A stretch of DNA of 58,174 nt from Octopus bimaculoides. Lineage: Eukaryota. The stretch spans positions 18,824,192 through 18,882,365 of the forward strand of contig NC_068985.1 in NCBI RefSeq assembly GCF_001194135.2, read 5' to 3'. This document shows positions 51,930-58,174 of the stretch, one piece after another; position 1 is the first letter of the stretch, and every line of letters begins with the position of its first letter. The translations under genes and the position numbers were made by a program. The notes under the pieces are model-generated. The model did not search any database and was not told the origin of the DNA. It worked only from the letters and a program-made list of their open reading frames with translations.

Positions 51930-53200
51930 CTAAGGATCTAAGGGTATATGCTGCAGACCATGTTAACTTGATTGTTGATAAGGGAATTTTAGATAATTTT
52001 AGAAAACAGTTACACCTTAGACTCTTATATTATTTGATACTATGGTGGGTTTCTTCCGAGGGTAGAGCATACGATTTTCTAAGTGCGTCTTTCTTTTCAA
52101 AGTGGATAAGCTGAAATTTTACTTGATTTTGCAGCATATTGTTTTTCTTTTTGTTTGTTTTTTCGCCTGTTCACTCACAGCAAATACATCAGATTGGAGT
52201 TCTAGTTGGACAGCTACGCCGTTGATGTCTCTCTGAAGCTTAGAGTCATCTGCAGGCTTCTTTGTTCTGATACGAACCTATCATCCCCATACAGACACGC
52301 AAAAATATTAAAGAGCTATCCGTTTCATAGAGCAGAAACAAATCAGCCATCTTGCATAAGCTAGTTGCATCAAAGCTACTCATGGTGACATTAAAAACGT
52401 CCGTTTCGTCTATAGAGGTATTCTTGTTAAAAACTGCTGTTTCTTGTCATGCGTAATGGCTTATAGGTCGATTTGTGTAATATTAAGCTAACTTCTGACA
52501 GAATTTATGACTTTTAGAAGTTTTTAGCTTATTGGAGGACAATAATCTATAATGTCAAATTAGATAAATGTGTATTTACCGCGTAAAGACTTACGCAGTG
52601 TTGTTCTGTAGATTCACATTCGTAGATCACTGTTAGACTTTATGTAGTGTAATATCGTTTTACTCATCATACTAAAATTAGGGTTAGTAAATCTAATGTA
52701 CGTAAGATTTCAATTTCTTTTCTGATTTTGGGGGGAAAAGAGGGGAAGTATTCAAGTTTCTCTTCGATGCTTTATTTTTTTGTCTTTGTGTCGTTCTTCT
52801 GTGTTGATTCCAGTATATGTATTACTGCTGGTTGAACTGTTGATGTTTTTATGTTATTGTGCAAGAGGTTATTGCATATGCCTTTGATTACCTGGTTAGT
52901 TTGCTTGTTTTGTCTGGAAAGATGAATAGGCTACTGGACGATAGTATTACTTTTAGGTTTGAGTTTATCTCGCGTAGAAGAGGATTTTTTTCTCTTGGTA
53001 ATTCCTATATCCTTTCTTCTGTTAATCTGGTCGTTTTCGAATGTCTCTAGTTCTTGGTTTTGCGGTGGGCATTTTCGGGATTTTAATCTAAGCTCGCTTT
53101 TCTCTTCTAAGTACTGTATTGATAAAATCATTGAATAAGGAGCTACTGCCTTCATCAGCGACATATCACAAAAATCTACTGTAGTCTTGCAGAATACTCA
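51930..53200 (-). mobile_element. Second, distinct Penelope-like element fossil
   Basis: FNVTMSSFDATSLCKMA (cf. FDVTMGSFDGAEVCEL), CLYGDD (cf. GLYRDD), upstream EKLEYFPSFPPKIRKEI. Confidence 0.55.
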
Positions 53201-53649
53201 TTCGAAACTCTTCAGCAGTAGCACAACAGTTCTTCAGCAGCACAACATTTCGTTCCGTTAACATATTTTGTAAACATTACAGATCTTTCAAAGCCAATTT
53301 GCAAATAGGTAGACAATGAAAAAAAAAACCCACCAGAATCTTCTGAACTGTGTTAGATAAGGTACAGGCAATGTAGCTGAAACTTCAGAATCACTGTCAG
53401 ACTTTTCCTTATATATATGTGTGTATATGTGTGTGTACGTGTGTATGAATGTGTATCTAGAGAACTTATGCAGATGGCAAGTTTAGTTTCAACGTTGTCA
53501 CGTGTGTTAATTTAGCTGATTACAAGTTCTAATCAAACTAAATTTTTAGCCAATCAAAAACTAGTCGTCTGCAGAGCCCATTTTGCTATATTAATCAAGT
53601 AAAAATCTAGTCCCTCTCTCCTGTCACTGGATGCCATGCTAAACCACAT

Positions 53650-53693
<44 letters not shown>

Positions 53694-54404
53694 TACCTCC
53701 TCTCTTTCTGCCATTTCGTCGTTAGCCTTGGTCTAGCCTCAGCAGATTAATTTTTCCTGTTTAAATATATGACGTTTACTTGATTTTTTTTCTTCATTTT
53801 ATCGATGGTCATGTATTTGCTTTAATACATTTAACTCCAGCAAAGAAATTAATGCATTGTCACGAACACGTTATACACATATAATCCGGTTGACTTTGTA
53901 AAATACGAATACAGCTATGTAAATTCTTGCACACATATTTATGTAAACTGGCTATGATTATTGCAAATTAACGTTTCTTCACAATTGTATCTTAAATGTC
54001 ATATTCTGTCCTCTTTCAACCTGTTTTATCAAATCAAGCGCTTTGAAGTTATTATGACATTTTTTTACTGACATGATCTGTCGAGATGTATTTCTGTTGG
54101 TATTTGGGAAGTAAAAGAGAAAAATATGCATAATTTCCTCGAACTGTTTTAAATTTCACAGGCATATGTGTGTGCGTGTGCATAACATGAATACATACAC
54201 ATGCACACATACCTATCTGTATGTGTGTGTGTGTGTGTGTGCGTGTGTGCGCGCGCGCGCGTATATATATATATATATATATATATATATNNNNNNNNNN
54301 NNNNNNNNNNNNNNNNNNNNNNNNNNNNNNNNNNNNNATATATTACATTAATCTTAATCTTATAATATAAAGCTGAAGCAAATTAACACTATATATATAT
54401 TCTT

Positions 54405-54748
54405 TTATTCTTTTACTTTTTCAGTTATTTGACTGCAGCCGTGCTGGAGCACCGGCTTTAGTCGAACAAATCGACCCCAGGACTTATTCTTTGTAAGCCT
54501 AGTACTTATTTTGTCGCTCTCTTTTGCCGAACCGCTAAGTTACAGGGATGTAAACATACCAACATCGGTTGTCAAGCGATGGCGGGAGGGGGGGACAAAC
54601 ACAGGCACACATGCACACACACACACACACATAACGGGCTTTGGTTGGCCCGAGGTTATAGTAGAAGACACTTGCCCAAGGTGCCACGCAGTGGGACTGA
54701 ACCCGGGACCATATGGTTCGTAAGCAAGCTACTTACCACACAGCCACT
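54405..54748 (-). mobile_element. tRNA-derived SINE family C (resembles the Octopus OK family), full length
   Basis: On - strand: ggctgtgtggtaag...ggttcagtcccactgcgtggcaccttgggcaag, internal (TG)n, tail ggtgctccagcacggctgcagtc...gtaaaag. Other copies at 36165-36555, 38232-38605 (-) and 15122-15290, 20596-20760, 27100-27270, 40960-41115, 42141-42290 (+). Confidence 0.85.
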
Positions 54749-55739
54749 CCTACGCCTATATTCATATCCGTTAAAGGTGTAGATATTCTATGATGTTGGT
54801 GTGTCTTTGGAATAGCAATGAGAACAATTGTTCCTGTATATGGCATTGTCGACCGCCTTAGTGATAGTGTTATGTTTCACGGAAAATAGTGTCTTGCGAA
54901 CATTTTAGACATAGGTTGGTTGGTTGGTAGGTAGGTAGGTAGGTAGGTAGGTAGGTATGTCTTTGTGCTCGTCCTCCCATCGCTTGATAACCGGTGTGGA
55001 TTTGTTTACAACCCAGTAACTGAGCAGTTCGATAGAAATAGAACGACAGACTTAAAAATAAACACTGGGGGCGCTTTGTTCCACTAAGAGATTCAAGTCA
55101 ATATCCCAGCATGGCCACAGTCCATTGATCTGAGACAAGTACAACAATAAATGAATAATCAAATTAATCCCATTCTTTGGATTTAATTCTGAATAGATTC
55201 GACATCAGAATGAAGCAAGCTGTTAGCACTATTTACAAAATCGATCGAAAAAAATAGGTCGAGAAAGAATGGGAACCAATGGAGAGAGTTGTGTGCAATA
55301 CAAACTACTTCGACTAGGAGATTCCATAATGAATTCTATTTCCTTCCTTTCAACATTTATATAAATATACGAGTTTTAACATTACCATATTTAGTATATG
55401 GACTATTAAAAAAAATAAGAACAGTTAAATAGACTGTACAAATTAAACAATAGGATCAGAAGAAATGAGTTGCGGTCTCTATTGGCAACTATTGTTTTCT
55501 CGAAGAGTGACAAAGCCTGACGTTTTTGTGATGAGTTAATCGATTACATCAACCCCAGTGCTTGACTCAGTGGTGCTTTATTTTATCGACCCCAAAAGGA
55601 TAAAAGATGTCGAAGTCTGTGTCGATAAATATTAAGCACAAGATGTTCCTATAAAAGAAGAAATTATTTTACTATGAGGAAGTGTAAAAGTCAAACGTAT
55701 GGGCAGAAACTTTCGTCGGAGTGGGATGAAATATTTACC

Positions 55740-55765
55740 TTGTGTGTGTGTGAAACAGAAAGGAA

Positions 55766-55812
<47 letters not shown>

Positions 55813-56105
55813 TGAGAGAGAGAGAGAGAGAGAAAGAAAGAAAGAAAGATGGTGAATGCATGTGAATGTGTGTGAAAGAGAGAGGGAAAGTGTTTGGAAG
55901 AGAGAGTGAGAGAGAGCGAATGCATATATCTATCTGTGAGTGTGTATGTGTGTGTGTACGTACGTGTATATAAAACAGAAGAAAAGTGAGAGAGAGAGAG
56001 AGAGAGAGAAAGATGGTGTATGTATGTATATGTGTGTGAAAGAGAGGGAAAGTGTTTGAAAGAGAAAGTGAATGAGTGAGAGAGCGAGAGAAAGAGAGCG
56101 AATGC

Positions 56106-56137
<32 letters not shown>

Positions 56138-56140
56138 TCG
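55740..56140. repeat. Compound (GT)n/(GA)n microsatellite with an internal duplication
   Basis: Blocks 55843-55930 and 56007-56110 share gaaagatggtg...gggaaagtgtttg...gagagcgaatgcata. Confidence 0.85.
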
Positions 56141-56340
56141 TTTGGAAAAGTAAGGGATGGGACGATAACTTTACCACAGGAAGTTTTGTTCCTTTTAACT
56201 GCTGCGTCCAGTAGTAAGTGCCTCCCTCCAGTGGTTGTTCGTTAAAACATTGCCGAATCACTATGTATATTCTTATACAATTTTGCATATCTAGTTAATT
56301 GAACCCCTCTTGCTGCTTTGGTAAGTACTGTGAAGTCCAT

Positions 56341-56383
56341 GCCTCGCTGAAGAGATATAATAACATCGAAACATGTCAGGAGT
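56341..56383 (+). ncRNA. Minimal type I hammerhead-ribozyme-like motif
   Basis: CTGAAGA (56347-53), stem II GAT..ATC, GAAA (56368-71), palindromic ACATGT helix III, GTC triplet (56375-77). Stem I cct/agg is degenerate. Confidence 0.55.
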
Positions 56384-58174
56384 TACCTACTGTTCCTACT
56401 GAAAAATATAGATATTAGCCATTGTCTGATATTATTTCGTTTTCTCACTCCATTTAAAAAAAAAATTCCACAAGCATTTATAACGTTAACATTAATATAC
56501 TCATTATATTTCGTATAGTTTGCGTCAATAAATTATATATATATATATAAACTATCTCACAAGCAATATTATCTGTAGCAAAACTAAGCACGAATACTAA
56601 CCAACTAATACATCAATACGGTCTAAAACAAATCAGTTGAAGACACGATACAACCAACACACGCACACTTTTTGCAATCCAAACAGGAAAAATGATACTT
56701 TACTATCCAAACATATATGGATATTAAAATATATATATAAAAAAAACTCCGTTCGGCATTAATTGGAAAATATTTCCATTAGCACAACCATACCAAGGTA
56801 ACATCAAACCCTACCAACTTTATACTTATGAGTCTTACCACATTCTTATATTCAGGAATCAAATTCTGTATAAATTCTCTGAACATACGCGTGCGCATAT
56901 GTAAAATGAGCTAAGGTAAATATCTCTTAGTGGTCATTGGCATGAATATGAATAATAAAGACAAATAAAGGTATATCAAATACCATACAAGATAAATTCT
57001 TCGATTATTAAAATTCAATTTTCTTATCGAGAGAGAACAAAACAAATGCCTTGTAGTAATTGCCGCCAAATCCACTTGAGAAGTGGCCAGAGATGTAGCT
57101 AGAATGCGTGCCTCTCAGCACAGTCTTTAAGTTTGCTGCCCCTCCCGAAGCCATCAAGTCTATACAGGCTTATATATCCGACTCGAAAATTATCTCCCTA
57201 TAAGAGCATTAGTTCCTTGCTATTCTATTAAAAATGGTGATACTCTTAAGCCTCAAGAAATTCTTCGAAATTTATCCCTCGCAAAGGAAAGATAATTTGC
57301 GAACAGCTGTGACGGTATGCTTCTGCCTCAATAAGCGTCATCAACAGTGGCTGTCTTACCTTGACTCCCGCAAAGGAGATACAGTTTTTTTGTTTTTTTT
57401 TGAAACACGAACAGAACATTTATGACCTACGGTAGATGAATGAAAACGACAAAGAAGAATAAATATTTATTAGAAACTACACAAAATTAATTTTTTATTA
57501 AAAAATTATCTTCCCTTTGAGAGAAGATTAAACAAATACCTTGCGGCAATTGTAACCAACTCTAGCTATGACAGCTACTGTGCTGATGGCGGTCGTTGAT
57601 GCAGAAATACTTAACAATATTTTTCTTGTCTCCAGACCATCAGAATATTTTTCCTCAATGACATGTCAGAGACTTCTCTTTTTATTTGGATTTTATCGCA
57701 AATACCACAAAGCATGTATTTTATTCTTCTCTCTATGAAAACACAATTCCAATAAATCAAGAATGTATTTCATATAGTATTTAAGGATCTAGTTCAAAAC
57801 GGGGGCGCCAGTATTTTCTTAACGAAACTCTTTGAAACTTGGGACACTGGTAGAATGTGTCATATAAAACAGCTTTTTCGTCTTAAGAAAAATTATCATA
57901 TTGCAACTTATTTCATGTTAAAGTTGTCGTATTTCTGTAATTTCAACCAATGACTGACGTCCATTCAGCCGAATACAGTAAGTGCTGACTACGTAAACAA
58001 ACTATTCTGGCGGTGATAAAATTATTATTTCCTTGTCAAAAAATGGCTGAAGCATATTGGCAGTAGCTAATAAACCTTTCTATTATAGGCACAAGGCCTG
58101 GTTTTTGAGGGAAGGGTTAGGGTTAGGGCAAATGTTGTACACATACAGTTCAGGCAGATGTTAACGAAATTATA

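Noticed and set aside
55632-56288. 218-aa and 138-aa ORFs rich in SL/HT repeats
   Set aside because: Translations of dinucleotide microsatellites.
58114-58128. GGGTTAGGGTTAGGG telomere-like repeat
   Set aside because: Only about 2.5 units, in the G-rich variable segment of a family B SINE end; not an interstitial telomere array.

Overview
AT-rich eukaryotic (animal) genomic DNA with six assembly gaps. The SINE families, RTE tails and microsatellites look like an Octopus genome; this is inference from recalled repeat families, not a database hit. Two genes are well supported and converge on each other: the last two coding exons of RPL27A (+ strand, 2772-2949 and 3956-4084) and seven coding exons of NF-YA (- strand, 20325 to 11235; terminal exon not located). 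Positions 1-27.5 kb are gene bodies full of RTE-LINE pieces, CpG-decayed SINEs and MITEs. Positions 28-58 kb contain no recognisable host gene. They hold CpG-intact SINEs and transposon fossils (Tigger/pogo, two hAT, two Penelope-like, Gypsy, R4/Dong) and two minimal hammerhead-ribozyme-like motifs. No prokaryote-type system or CRISPR array is present. The best leads are: (1) a decayed antisense, possibly polycystin-1-like gene interleaved with RPL27A; (2) the hammerhead motifs; (3) a sharp CpG-decay boundary; (4) a GC-rich hAT fragment that may be horizontally acquired; (5) a 71-bp hAT-type MITE with a perfect TSD; (6) a uORF abutting the NF-YA start codon. All translations, alignments and counts were done by eye, and repeat boundaries are approximate unless a TSD is given.
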